From positions 2,431-66,430 of the forward strand of contig JAXHNE010000009.1 in the NCBI GenBank assembly GCA_034520885.1: a stretch of 64,000 nt of DNA. Reading direction: 5' to 3'. This document shows, one piece after another, positions 9,116 through 17,908 of this stretch. How positions within the stretch are numbered: the stretch's first letter is position 1; each line of letters begins with the position of its first letter. Source of the DNA: Candidatus Saccharimonadota bacterium (GTDB lineage Bacteria; Patescibacteriota; Saccharimonadia; Saccharimonadales; JAXHNE01). The notes beneath the pieces were generated by a model. That model did no database searches and had not been told where the DNA came from. It was given only the letters and a program-made list of their open reading frames with translations. The position numbers and the translations under genes are program-made.

Positions 9116-10064
9116 GTTGTGTGTTCTCGAACTGAAGGCGCTTGTTGCGCTCTAAGTTGTTTTCGTTAATGATACGGTTGGTTTTAATCAGATCCGCAAT
9201 GACGCCCAGTACGCAGAACAGTAATCCCGCCGTGAACATGGCGACACCAAGCAGTAGTGATTGAATGTGCTGGCCGGGGTCGGTAGCGCTCACAATCAGG
9301 ATTAAATAGCGTACAAAAGGAATGGCGCTTAAAACCAGCAAAGAAACACCGGGAATGACGAAGACTTTGAGCGGTTCGTGCATAAAGTAACTTTTTAGGA
9401 TGACCCGCATGGATTTATACATGTGCTGGAAGATATTTTTAAACAGGCGTGATTTACGGGTCGGCGGGTTGGTTTTGACCGGTACGGAGGCCAGGGCGAT
9501 ACGGTTCCGCCCGGCATGGATAATGCTTTCCGTGCAGTAGCTGAAGGAGTTTACGATGTTCATTTTGAACGCCGCGTTGCGCGAGTAAGCGCGGAAGCCG
9601 CTGACGGTGTCGGGCACGTTGGTTTTGGCGGCTTTGTTGACTACCCAGCTGCCAAAGCGCTGCATGAGTTTTTTAAACGTGCCGAAATGCTGGATGGCGC
9701 CGGTTTGGCGATCGCCGATGACGATCTCCGCCTCGCCATCAATGACGGGGGTGAGCAATTTAGGGATGTCCGCCTGCGGGTACTGATTGTCGCCATCGGT
9801 GTTGACGATGATGTCCGCGCCGTTGGCTAAGCAGTAGTCCAGGCCGTCCGAAAAGGAGCGGGCCAGGCCACGATTAGTGCGGTGACGTACGAAGTGCTTA
9901 ACCCCGTGTTTTTTGGCGACTTCAACGGTTTTATCGGTGCTGCCGTCGTCGATTATCAGGATTTCTACCGAATCAACGCCCTTGATTTTTTTGGGAATGG
10001 TTTTTAGGACGAGAGGGAGGGTTTCCTCCTCGTTTAGGCACGGAATTTGTACAAACACTTTCAT
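9105..10064 (-). CDS. glycosyltransferase family 2 (polyprenyl-phosphate sugar synthase-like)
   Basis: 319 aa. MKVFVQIPCLNEE..ILIIDDGSTDKT..NTDGDNQY.. (GT-A DxD-type motifs) plus C-terminal TM helices, as in dolichyl/undecaprenyl-phosphate glycosyltransferases. Confidence 0.85.
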   Translation of the reverse strand: MKVFVQIPCLNEEETLPLVLKTIPKKIKGVDSVEILIIDDGSTDKTVEVAKKHGVKHFVRHRTNRGLARSFSDGLDYCLANGADIIVNTDGDNQYPQADIPKLLTPVIDGEAEIVIGDRQTGAIQHFGTFKKLMQRFGSWVVNKAAKTNVPDTVSGFRAYSRNAAFKMNIVNSFSYCTESIIHAGRNRIALASVPVKTNPPTRKSRLFKNIFQHMYKSMRVILKSYFMHEPLKVFVIPGVSLLVLSAIPFVRYLILIVSATDPGQHIQSLLLGVAMFTAGLLFCVLGVIADLIKTNRIINENNLERNKRLQFENTQREK

Positions 10065-10088
10065 AGGCGGGTACCCCTGTGAAAGTCA

Positions 10089-10118
10089 GGAATATGGAAT
10101 ATGGAATATGGAATATGG
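10089..10118. repeat. heptanucleotide tandem array (GGAATAT)4
   Basis: Perfect 4 units at 10089-10116 followed by GG. Lies 25 nt upstream of the GT2 start codon, which is on the minus strand. Confidence 0.95.
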
Positions 10119-10243
10119 GTAAGAACTACCTGCCTAGCTTTGTTTTTTTGTACTGCGCTGCGTCCCGTAGCAGCCTCCGGCTTGCTATCGGGATCCATGT
10201 GCGGAACTCTTGCTTTCATAGGTGGGTACCCCTATGAAAGTCA

Positions 10244-10273
10244 GGAAGATGGAATATGGAATATGGAATATGG
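10244..10273. repeat. heptanucleotide tandem array GGAAGAT(GGAATAT)3
   Basis: Read directly from the sequence. This is the second copy of the duplicated module. Confidence 0.95.
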
Positions 10274-10333
10274 GTAAGAACTACCTGTCTAGCTTTGTTT
10301 TTTTGTGCCGTATTTACGTACATAACTTTATTG

Positions 10334-11680
10334 CTATCTTCCGACTCCGACATAGGTTAAATTATATGCTTCCACGTTTGTTTTATTATAGCAGTTCATG
10401 GCGTCTATGAAGAGATCTCCCTGCATGCGTTTTTTTAATGACGGTAAGTCAATCGTTTTAAGTTCGGGCCAGTCGGTGGTGATGAATACGGCATCGGCGT
10501 TTTCGGTGGCTTTTTCCAGCGAATCACAAATTGCGACTGATTTGCGAAGGTCTTCTTTGGCTTCGCCGTTCGCTCGCGGATCGTACACGCACACCTCCGC
10601 GCCGTCATGATCCAAAATGTTGGCCAGTTTTACGCCTGGAGAGCGCCGCGAGTCGCTGGTTCCCGACTTAAAAGCCAGGCCGAGTACGGCCAATTTTTTG
10701 CCTTGGAGAGTGTCGAGTCGTTCAAGTGCTTTGTTAGCGATGTAGCCGGGCATGGATTCGTTGACGTCGGCCGCGGCGGTCATTATCGGCAAGTCCACGC
10801 CGAATTCCGTCGCGCTGCTGATCAGCCCGCTGACGTCCTTGGGAAAGCACCCGCCACCATAGCCGCGCCCGGCGTTCAAAAACGCCCGGCCAATGCGTGG
10901 ATCGGCGCCGACGGCGTCCATGACTTCCGTGACGTTAGCGCCGGCTTGATCGGCCAGTTTGGCAATGGAATTAGCGAAGGAAATCTTCATCGCCAAAAAA
11001 GCATTGGCGGTAACTTTAATGAGTTCCGCGCTGTTGCGGTTAGTGGCAATGTAGTCCCCGGCTTTTGCCACGAAGGTTATTTTTGCCCGTTTGGCGATCT
11101 CATCCCGCTTGGACTCCAGGGTTTTATACAAGTTTATAACTTCCTCTGCCGCCGGTTTATCCGAACTGCCGGCCACGATGCGGTCAAAACCGAGCGTATC
11201 GGCAATGGCGGTTCCTTCGCGTAAAAATTCCGGGTTGGATACGTAGGATACGTTTTTGCCGGCTCGTTCGAATATCTTTTCCACTGCTTCACCCGTGCCC
11301 ACCGGTACGGTGCTTTTTTGTACGTAAATGGCGCCGTCTTTAATATACTTGGCGGCTTCTTCGGCGGCGGCGTAAACGAAGCTCAAGTTGGAGCTGCCGT
11401 CCGGATTATCCGGCGTGCCGACGCAGGAAAAAATAATATCGCTCCCCGGAATCGCTTGTTCGTAATGGCCAGTGGGGAGCAGTTTTTTGGATTTTATGGC
11501 GTGGGCAATGAGCGGGTCAATGCCGTCCTCGAAAAAGAACGACTTACCGGATTGGATAGTTTTTAAACGACCGGGATTGATTTCTATCAAATGCACGGTG
11601 TGCCCGGCTTCGGCAAAAAGCGTGGCCGTCGTAAGACCGACGTACCCGGCACCAATGACCGAGATGGTTTTAGGCTTCAT
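10334..11680 (-). CDS. ugd: UDP-glucose/GDP-mannose dehydrogenase family protein (probable UDP-glucose 6-dehydrogenase)
   Basis: I trimmed the track ORF to ATG 11680 (MKPKTISVIGAGYVGLTTA = Rossmann motif). Catalytic-Cys motif GGGCFPKDV. ~448 aa. Confidence 0.8.
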   Translation of the reverse strand: MKPKTISVIGAGYVGLTTATLFAEAGHTVHLIEINPGRLKTIQSGKSFFFEDGIDPLIAHAIKSKKLLPTGHYEQAIPGSDIIFSCVGTPDNPDGSSNLSFVYAAAEEAAKYIKDGAIYVQKSTVPVGTGEAVEKIFERAGKNVSYVSNPEFLREGTAIADTLGFDRIVAGSSDKPAAEEVINLYKTLESKRDEIAKRAKITFVAKAGDYIATNRNSAELIKVTANAFLAMKISFANSIAKLADQAGANVTEVMDAVGADPRIGRAFLNAGRGYGGGCFPKDVSGLISSATEFGVDLPIMTAAADVNESMPGYIANKALERLDTLQGKKLAVLGLAFKSGTSDSRRSPGVKLANILDHDGAEVCVYDPRANGEAKEDLRKSVAICDSLEKATENADAVFITTDWPELKTIDLPSLKKRMQGDLFIDAMNCYNKTNVEAYNLTYVGVGR

Positions 11681-11764
11681 CTTTCCCAGTATACAAGGTT
11701 GTTGATTTTGAGTAATGTGCTTTTTACAAGGTAAATATATACAAAACTTTGATACCATTTAGCT

Positions 11765-12811
11765 ATGATTACAGTCATTATTGCCGGGGGATCTGGTACA
11801 CGGCTGTGGCCGCTTTCCACTCCCGACTATCCAAAACACTTATTAAAACTAAATGGTGACGAACGTTCGCTTTTACAAAACACCTATGATCGCGCAAAGC
11901 GTATTAGTGAAAAAATCTACGTTATTACCGAAAAGAGTCACGCTGACCACGTTAAGGAGCAGTTAAGTGAGCTACCCGAAGAGCATTTTATTGTCGAGCC
12001 AGCTCGTAGAGGGACTGCCAGTTGTATCGTTGCCGCCCTGGCGCACGTTAGCAAAAGAGAAGATGAGAACGAAGCCATTGCGGTGCTCTCTGCCGATCAT
12101 TTTATTCGTGACAACGCGGGATTTGCTCAAAGCTTTAAAATAGCGGGTGAAGCATCAGAAAAAGAAGGCCGCATTGTGCTGGTCGGTGTTGAGCCGGACT
12201 ATCCTGCAACCGGGTTCGGGTACATCAAGAAAGATGAGCTGTTTGACGAAGAACGTTTTGTCTACAACGTGGATTCATTTAAAGAGAAGCCGCCTTTTGA
12301 AACAGCGAAAAGGTACCTAAAGAGTGGGGACTATCTCTGGAATTGTGGCTACTTTGTTGGGTCGCTTGCAACGTTTAAAGAAAAAATGAAGCTTCGCTCC
12401 CCAGAGTTACTCGAAAATTATCAAAAGTTACTTAATGCGAAGAGTGACGATGAGTATCACGAAACGTACCTTGGCTTTAAGAACGACACTATAGATTACG
12501 GATTGATTGAGCACGTGCAGGATTTGTTGGTGGTACCCGCAGCGTTCGACTGGATGGATCTCGGATCCTTTAACGACCTACATAAGGCTGTGGTGAGTGA
12601 CGAGCAATCGAATTACATAAGCGGACAGAAAGTCGAGCTTGAAGGGGTTGACAATGCTTACGTGCATAACGCCGAAGAAAAACCAGTAGCAGTCATTGGG
12701 CTAGATAACATTGCGGTCGTTAATACGAAGGACGGTCTTTTGATTGCTCGAAAAGACCTTGCACAAAAGGTGGGGGAAGTAAGTAAACGAATTAATGGGA
12801 AAGGTAAATAG
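11765..12811 (+). CDS. manC: mannose-1-phosphate guanylyltransferase (nucleotidyltransferase domain)
   Basis: 348 aa. MITVIIAGGSGTRLWPLS signature. Divergent from ugd and first gene of a GDP-mannose module. Confidence 0.8.
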   Translation: MITVIIAGGSGTRLWPLSTPDYPKHLLKLNGDERSLLQNTYDRAKRISEKIYVITEKSHADHVKEQLSELPEEHFIVEPARRGTASCIVAALAHVSKREDENEAIAVLSADHFIRDNAGFAQSFKIAGEASEKEGRIVLVGVEPDYPATGFGYIKKDELFDEERFVYNVDSFKEKPPFETAKRYLKSGDYLWNCGYFVGSLATFKEKMKLRSPELLENYQKLLNAKSDDEYHETYLGFKNDTIDYGLIEHVQDLLVVPAAFDWMDLGSFNDLHKAVVSDEQSNYISGQKVELEGVDNAYVHNAEEKPVAVIGLDNIAVVNTKDGLLIARKDLAQKVGEVSKRINGKGK

Positions 12812-13578
12812 TGAGGAAAGTAATAACTTTTGACCTCGACGATACGTTGGCGGTCACCAAATCGCCAATCACCGATAAGATGGCTCGCTTGCTGGAAGAA
12901 TTATTAGAACACCACCAGGTGTGTATTATTTCCGGTGGTCGGTTCGAGCAATTCCAAAAACAGGTTATTGATAACTTAAAAATCGAACACCACTTTTTGC
13001 TTAATTTACATATTATGCCAACTTGTGGGACGCGCTACTATCGATTTAACGATATTGATCAAGAATGGAAGCTCCTTTATGCGGAAGATATACCTCAAAA
13101 AGATAAACAGCGAATAATTGATGCGCTGACACGTGCCGCGAAAGAAACTGGTTTTTTGGAAAAAAATCCCCATGGAGAAATCGTTGAAGACAGGGGAAGT
13201 CAAATCACATTTTCCGCCTGTGGTCAGCAAGCCCCGCCGGAGGTAAAATACAAATGGGATCCCGATACTAAAAAAAGACAAAAAATTCGAGAAAAAGTGA
13301 TTCATGAAATCGATGATTACGAAATCAGGATTGGTGGAACGACGTCCATCGACGTTACCAAACCGGGCATTGACAAGGCTTACGGCATGGAAAAGCTTAT
13401 GAGTGTCCTGGAGATCGGCAAAGACGACATATTATTTATTGGCGACAAGCTCGAAGAAGGCGGAAATGACTATCCGGTAAAAGCAATGGGTATTGATACG
13501 ATCGCCGTCGAGGGGTGGGAGGATGCCGCACTTGTCATTGAAACCATCAATAAATTGGCTCGTAACTCCGATGAATAA
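12811..13578 (+). CDS. HAD-IIB phosphatase/phosphomannomutase-like protein
   Basis: 255 aa with a GTG start overlapping the manC stop (TAGTG). HAD motif I FDLDDTLA and later GDKLEEGGNDYP (motif IV). Resembles eukaryotic-type PMM. Confidence 0.7.
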   Translation: MRKVITFDLDDTLAVTKSPITDKMARLLEELLEHHQVCIISGGRFEQFQKQVIDNLKIEHHFLLNLHIMPTCGTRYYRFNDIDQEWKLLYAEDIPQKDKQRIIDALTRAAKETGFLEKNPHGEIVEDRGSQITFSACGQQAPPEVKYKWDPDTKKRQKIREKVIHEIDDYEIRIGGTTSIDVTKPGIDKAYGMEKLMSVLEIGKDDILFIGDKLEEGGNDYPVKAMGIDTIAVEGWEDAALVIETINKLARNSDE

Positions 13579-14074
13579 ACAAGAAAAATTAAAACAAGTA
13601 AAGCAAGATTTAATTCTGCCCAAGCAGTACACATTGGCAGATGTTGATGAGCATAAACCTTGGGGCGCGTACTATCGTCTGGCCGATGAACATGCGGAAG
13701 CATTCGTGGGAGAATACTTTCCGAAACGCTCAGTCGAAGAGCTTGGACGTGGAGGCAGTTTAAGCCCCAAATTTTTGGTTTTTGAGCCCGGCAAAAAGTT
13801 GAGCCTACAATATCATGTGTATAGAGCAGAGATATGGCGAGTCATATCGGGTACTTTGACCGCGACCGTTTCTGAATCGGACGAAGAAGGGGAATGGCAA
13901 AATTATACTGAAGGTGAAGAGTTGTCTTACGGTGCCTTGATGAGGCATCGTGCAGGTGCACCAAGCGATGGTGATTGGTGTATTGTTGCAGAAATTTGGC
14001 AACATACGGATGCAGATAACCCTACAAGCGAAGAAGATATTATTCGTCTAAAAGATGATTTTGGGCGCGCATAA
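13571..14074 (+). CDS. cupin-domain protein (type II phosphomannose isomerase C-terminal-like)
   Basis: I trimmed the track ORF to ATG 13571, which overlaps the upstream stop. Contains ..DEHKPWGAYYRLA.., a cupin core (LSLQYHVYRAEIWRV) and ..RHRAGAP... Confidence 0.6.
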   Translation: MNKQEKLKQVKQDLILPKQYTLADVDEHKPWGAYYRLADEHAEAFVGEYFPKRSVEELGRGGSLSPKFLVFEPGKKLSLQYHVYRAEIWRVISGTLTATVSESDEEGEWQNYTEGEELSYGALMRHRAGAPSDGDWCIVAEIWQHTDADNPTSEEDIIRLKDDFGRA

Positions 14075-14079
14075 TTTAA

Positions 14080-14589
14080 ATGAAAAAGACGGAAGAAAAT
14101 GAGCTGGTGGATCTCCTCAAAAGACTAAACCCTGGCTTTTTGCCCTACCCAATATTTGAACAAATTGCACGACTTACGGCCCTGTCGATTATTGAATTCG
14201 TCCCACTGCGCATAAATAAAAGCCAAAATATAGAGGTGTTGCTTTTGGACAGAGAAGGAGATGATCCCATCTGGCCGAATAAAGTGCATACTCCTGGTAC
14301 CGTTATCCGACCAGGCGATAATGAGGGCAATCAATACGTTGCTTTTGAACGAATAGTCAAAGACGAACTAAAAGATACTAAAATATCAGAGCCGCACTTT
14401 GTGGGCAGTCTATTGCATAAAAGCAAGCGTGGGACTGAGCATGCCCAAATTTACTGGGTAGAGGTTTTGGGAGAGCCAAAAAATGGAAGTTTTTTCGAAG
14501 CGAATAAATTACCAGAAACACTCATCTCCTCACAAAGAAAATTTATTAACCAAGCTGTCAAGTCCTTCCGTGACAACCGTCGACTCTGA
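14080..14589 (+). CDS. Nudix-fold-like protein (degenerate Nudix box)
   Basis: 169 aa. The ..VLLLDREGDDPIWPNKVHTPGTVIRPGD...AFERIVKDELKD.. layout resembles the Nudix fold, but the canonical GX5EX7REUXEEXGU box is not intact. Confidence 0.35.
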   Translation: MKKTEENELVDLLKRLNPGFLPYPIFEQIARLTALSIIEFVPLRINKSQNIEVLLLDREGDDPIWPNKVHTPGTVIRPGDNEGNQYVAFERIVKDELKDTKISEPHFVGSLLHKSKRGTEHAQIYWVEVLGEPKNGSFFEANKLPETLISSQRKFINQAVKSFRDNRRL

Positions 14590-14620
14590 TGCCTAAACTT
14601 ACATGCTAGTATAGGAATAT

Positions 14621-15514
14621 ATGCAGAAACGTATTATTAAAAAGGCGGTGATCGCCGCTGCAGGATTCGGGACGCGGTTTTTGCCGCAAACCAAGGCCAT
14701 GCCCAAGGAAATGCTGCCACTGGTGGACACGCCGATTATCCAATACATTGTGGAGGAGCTGGTGGGCTCCGGTGTGGAAGATATCGTGATTGTCACGGGA
14801 TACCACAAACGTTCCATTGAAGACCATTTTGATCATATGAGTACTGATCTTCGGCAAAATCTAAAACAGGGCGGCAAGCTTGAATTGCTTGAAGAAACAA
14901 AAAAGATTAGTGAGCTAGCTAACTTTGCCTACGTACGCCAGAAAGGCCCGTACGGCAACGCCACGCCACTGATGTGCGCCGAACACTTGCTGGGTGACGA
15001 ACCGTTTTATTACGCCTTTGCCGACGATTTCGTAAAAGCCGATCCCAGCCGGTTCAAACAACTTTTGGAGGTGCACTGGGAACACGGCGGCACGGTGCTA
15101 ACCTGCGTACGGGCGCAAAATGAGCAAGATTACAAACGCTACGGCTTCGTTGCCGGTGAGGAAGTTACTCCAAGCTTGATGCAAGCTAAAAACATCATCG
15201 AAAAACCCGGATCGCGCGAAAAGGCGGGATCTGACTTTGCCACGGTAAGCGGGTACATTATTGATCCGGCGATCTTTCCGTACTTGCACGAGAAAAAGAA
15301 GCACCTAAAAGAAGGTGAAGAGTTCATCATGCAAACCGCCATGCAAGACATGATTGAAGAAGGCCATAAGATCTTCGGTTGCGAAGTGCAAAATGGTACG
15401 TTTTACGATGCGGGTAATAAACTGGATTACATGAAAACCATCGTGGATTTCGCGCTCGCCCGCGAAGATATCGGCGAAGATTTTAAAAACTATCTTAAAG
15501 CCAAGCTACAGTAA
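14621..15514 (+). CDS. galU: UTP--glucose-1-phosphate uridylyltransferase
   Basis: 297 aa. AVIAAAGFGTRFLPQTKAMPKEMLPLVDTPIIQY signature. Confidence 0.9.
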   Translation: MQKRIIKKAVIAAAGFGTRFLPQTKAMPKEMLPLVDTPIIQYIVEELVGSGVEDIVIVTGYHKRSIEDHFDHMSTDLRQNLKQGGKLELLEETKKISELANFAYVRQKGPYGNATPLMCAEHLLGDEPFYYAFADDFVKADPSRFKQLLEVHWEHGGTVLTCVRAQNEQDYKRYGFVAGEEVTPSLMQAKNIIEKPGSREKAGSDFATVSGYIIDPAIFPYLHEKKKHLKEGEEFIMQTAMQDMIEEGHKIFGCEVQNGTFYDAGNKLDYMKTIVDFALAREDIGEDFKNYLKAKLQ

Positions 15515-15535
15515 AACGAACATTGCTGACCAAGC

Positions 15536-16891
15536 CTACAAGCAGCTTTGAACTTTGCGAATAAGTTGATCGAGTTCTTTTTTGGTCTTTGCCTCGGCGT
15601 TCAGGCGCATGACCGGTTCAGTGTTACTGGCGCGAAGATTAAACCACGTGGATTTATCGATCCACACAGTGAGGCCGTCTAATTCGTCGAAATCCGCGTC
15701 CTCGAAGATTTGTTTTAGTTTCGCAAAAACCTTCGTTTTATCAACATTGGTTTTAATATTTATTTCCTGAGGCATTTCGTAGCGCCTGTATTCATCAACG
15801 AGCTCAGAAAGTTTTTTGCCACTATCAGTGAGTGCTTGCATAGCAACAAGCGCAGTAATCAGCCCGGAATCGGCGTCATAGTTTTCCGTGAAAAACATGT
15901 GTCCCGTGGTTTCGCCACCAAACGGAGCACCGACTTTGCGCATGAGAGAGCCTATATTAACACGACCCGCCTTGGTGCGTACCGGTTCGCCGCCCCACTC
16001 CCTAATGAGTTCTTGTGTCGCTTTGCTAGTGCGTACGTCGTGCACGATCTTTGCGCCCGGATATTTTTGCAAATACCGCTTAGCGATAATCGACATTAAA
16101 TCAGTGCCCAAAACAGGCCGACCTTGATCGTCGACAAAAACCGCACGATCTCCGTCGCCGTCAAACGCAATACCGAAATCCAACTGGTTTTTAGTTATTT
16201 CACCAGTAAGGTCTCGTAAGTTTTCTACCTTTTGCGGGTTGGCTTCGTGATTCGGGAAGCTACCGTCAAGTTCAAAGTACATATTTTTCGAACGGATTGG
16301 CAGTTTCGATAAAATAGCGGGAAGGATTTCTCCGGCCATACCATTTCCGGCGTCAATAGCGACGTTGAAACCACTCAATTCGTCAATAAAACCAAGGCAA
16401 TGATCAACCCACTCTTCTGTAATTGACTTATGGGAAACAGAGCCTTGCTCTTTCGTGTCTTGAGGAACTTCATTGGCTATAAATTTGTCTCGAATTTCTG
16501 ACAATCCGGCATCCAGGCCAATGGCAATGACTTGATCACGGTATAGTTTAATTCCGTTATCTTTGCCGGGGTTATGACTGGCAGTAATAACCGCACCGCC
16601 GGCTAGATTCCATTTGCCGACGGCGAAGTAGATCATATCACTGGTTACCAAGCCGATATCCCACACATCGTAACCCTGCGATATAAGTCCGCTAATAAAT
16701 GATTGTGCCAAATCTTTTGAGTCGGCACGCATGTCATGCCCAACGGCCACTATACCTTTTTCAGGGAGCCAGTTCGCATAGCAACGGGCAATTTTTTCGA
16801 CGGTATCAGTCGTTAGTTGATCGCCGACTGTGCCACGGATATCGTATGATTTAAAAATTTCCGAAATGTCTTGCATGGTTCCATTGTACAC
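15536..16891 (-). CDS. phosphoglucomutase/phosphomannomutase (alpha-D-phosphohexomutase)
   Basis: 451 aa. Active-site loop TASHNPGKDNGIK and metal loop FDGDGDR. Confidence 0.9.
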   Translation of the reverse strand: MYNGTMQDISEIFKSYDIRGTVGDQLTTDTVEKIARCYANWLPEKGIVAVGHDMRADSKDLAQSFISGLISQGYDVWDIGLVTSDMIYFAVGKWNLAGGAVITASHNPGKDNGIKLYRDQVIAIGLDAGLSEIRDKFIANEVPQDTKEQGSVSHKSITEEWVDHCLGFIDELSGFNVAIDAGNGMAGEILPAILSKLPIRSKNMYFELDGSFPNHEANPQKVENLRDLTGEITKNQLDFGIAFDGDGDRAVFVDDQGRPVLGTDLMSIIAKRYLQKYPGAKIVHDVRTSKATQELIREWGGEPVRTKAGRVNIGSLMRKVGAPFGGETTGHMFFTENYDADSGLITALVAMQALTDSGKKLSELVDEYRRYEMPQEINIKTNVDKTKVFAKLKQIFEDADFDELDGLTVWIDKSTWFNLRASNTEPVMRLNAEAKTKKELDQLIRKVQSCL

Positions 16892-16900
16892 AAATCGGGT

Positions 16901-17908
16901 TTAAAGCGTTTTTTGCCAGCGCCAGGCGTCCGCCAGGGCATCATGAAGCGATTTTTCCGACTTCCAGCCCAGTAATTTTTTGGCCTTTTCGGAGCCGGCG
17001 TAGGTGGCGACGATGTCTCCTTCCCGCGGCGGCCCGATTTTGTAAGGAAGTTTTTTGCCGGTAGCTTGCCGGAAGGCCGTGATGACCTCCAGTACGCTGC
17101 TGCCTTTACCGGTGCCGATATTGCACGTTTCGTAAGTGGAACCTTTTTGGCCGTTGGCCCACTTAAGGGCGGCTACGTGGGCTTTGGCCAGGTCGACCAC
17201 ATGGATGTAGTCGCGTATACAGGTGCCGTCCGGGGTCGGGTAGGTGTCTCCGTGTACCGTAAGTTCCGGCCGTATGCCGGCCGCGGTTTGGGTAATGAAC
17301 GGGATTAGGTTCGCCGGCGTGCCAATCGGCAGCTCCCCGATAAGGGCACTGGGGTGGGCGCCAATGGGATTAAAGTATCGCAGGGCGATGGACGTGAGAC
17401 GTTTGCTGGCTTTGGTGGTGTCTTGAAGGATGGTTTCATCCATTTGTTTGGTGGCGCCGTATGGCGAGGTGGCGGGTTTGGTTGGCGCCTCTTCGGTGAC
17501 GGGCAGATCGTCCGGTTCGCCGTAAACCGTGCAGGAGGAAGAAAACACGAAGTTTTTTACGGAGGCTTCTTCCACGGCTTTAAGCAGGGTGATAAGCCCC
17601 GCGACGTTATTTTGGTAATAGTCCAGAGGTTTTTGCACTGATTCGCCGACCGCTTTATGCGCGGCGAAGTGAATAACTCCTTCTACCGCGTGATCTTTCA
17701 GGAGCTTTCTTAAAAACGACTCATCTTGGTAGTCGTTTTCATAGGAGGTAATATCTGAACCGGTAATTTCATTTAAGCGGTCAATGACCTGCCGATCGGA
17801 GTTTGAAAAGTTATCTACGATTATTGGCCGGTAGCCGGCGTTGACCAGTTCCACGACCGTATGCGAACCAATGAACCCGGCGCCTCCGGTAACCAAGATG
17901 TTCTTCAT
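16901..17908 (-). CDS. galE: UDP-glucose 4-epimerase
   Basis: 335 aa. VTGGAGFIGSH NAD motif and YGATK catalytic motif (SPYGATKQM). Confidence 0.9.
   Translation of the reverse strand: MKNILVTGGAGFIGSHTVVELVNAGYRPIIVDNFSNSDRQVIDRLNEITGSDITSYENDYQDESFLRKLLKDHAVEGVIHFAAHKAVGESVQKPLDYYQNNVAGLITLLKAVEEASVKNFVFSSSCTVYGEPDDLPVTEEAPTKPATSPYGATKQMDETILQDTTKASKRLTSIALRYFNPIGAHPSALIGELPIGTPANLIPFITQTAAGIRPELTVHGDTYPTPDGTCIRDYIHVVDLAKAHVAALKWANGQKGSTYETCNIGTGKGSSVLEVITAFRQATGKKLPYKIGPPREGDIVATYAGSEKAKKLLGWKSEKSLHDALADAWRWQKTL

Larger units (their letters stand above)
10058..10306. repeat. tandem duplication (2 x 94 bp, period 155 bp) of the GT2 start-codon/leader module
   Basis: 10058-10151 and 10213-10306 differ at 4 positions. 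Each copy contains hairpin CTTTCATAGG-N8-CCT(A/G)TGAAAG, a heptamer array, and GGGTAAGAACTACCTG(C/T)CTAGCTTTGTTTTTTTGT. Confidence 0.9.

Noticed and set aside
9913-10410. Plus-strand ORFs translating as ..QEYGIWNMEYG and MGTPMKVRKMEYGIWNMGKNYL..
   Set aside because: These are translation artefacts of the (GGAATAT)n arrays and the duplicated leader. They lie on the strand opposite all neighbouring genes.
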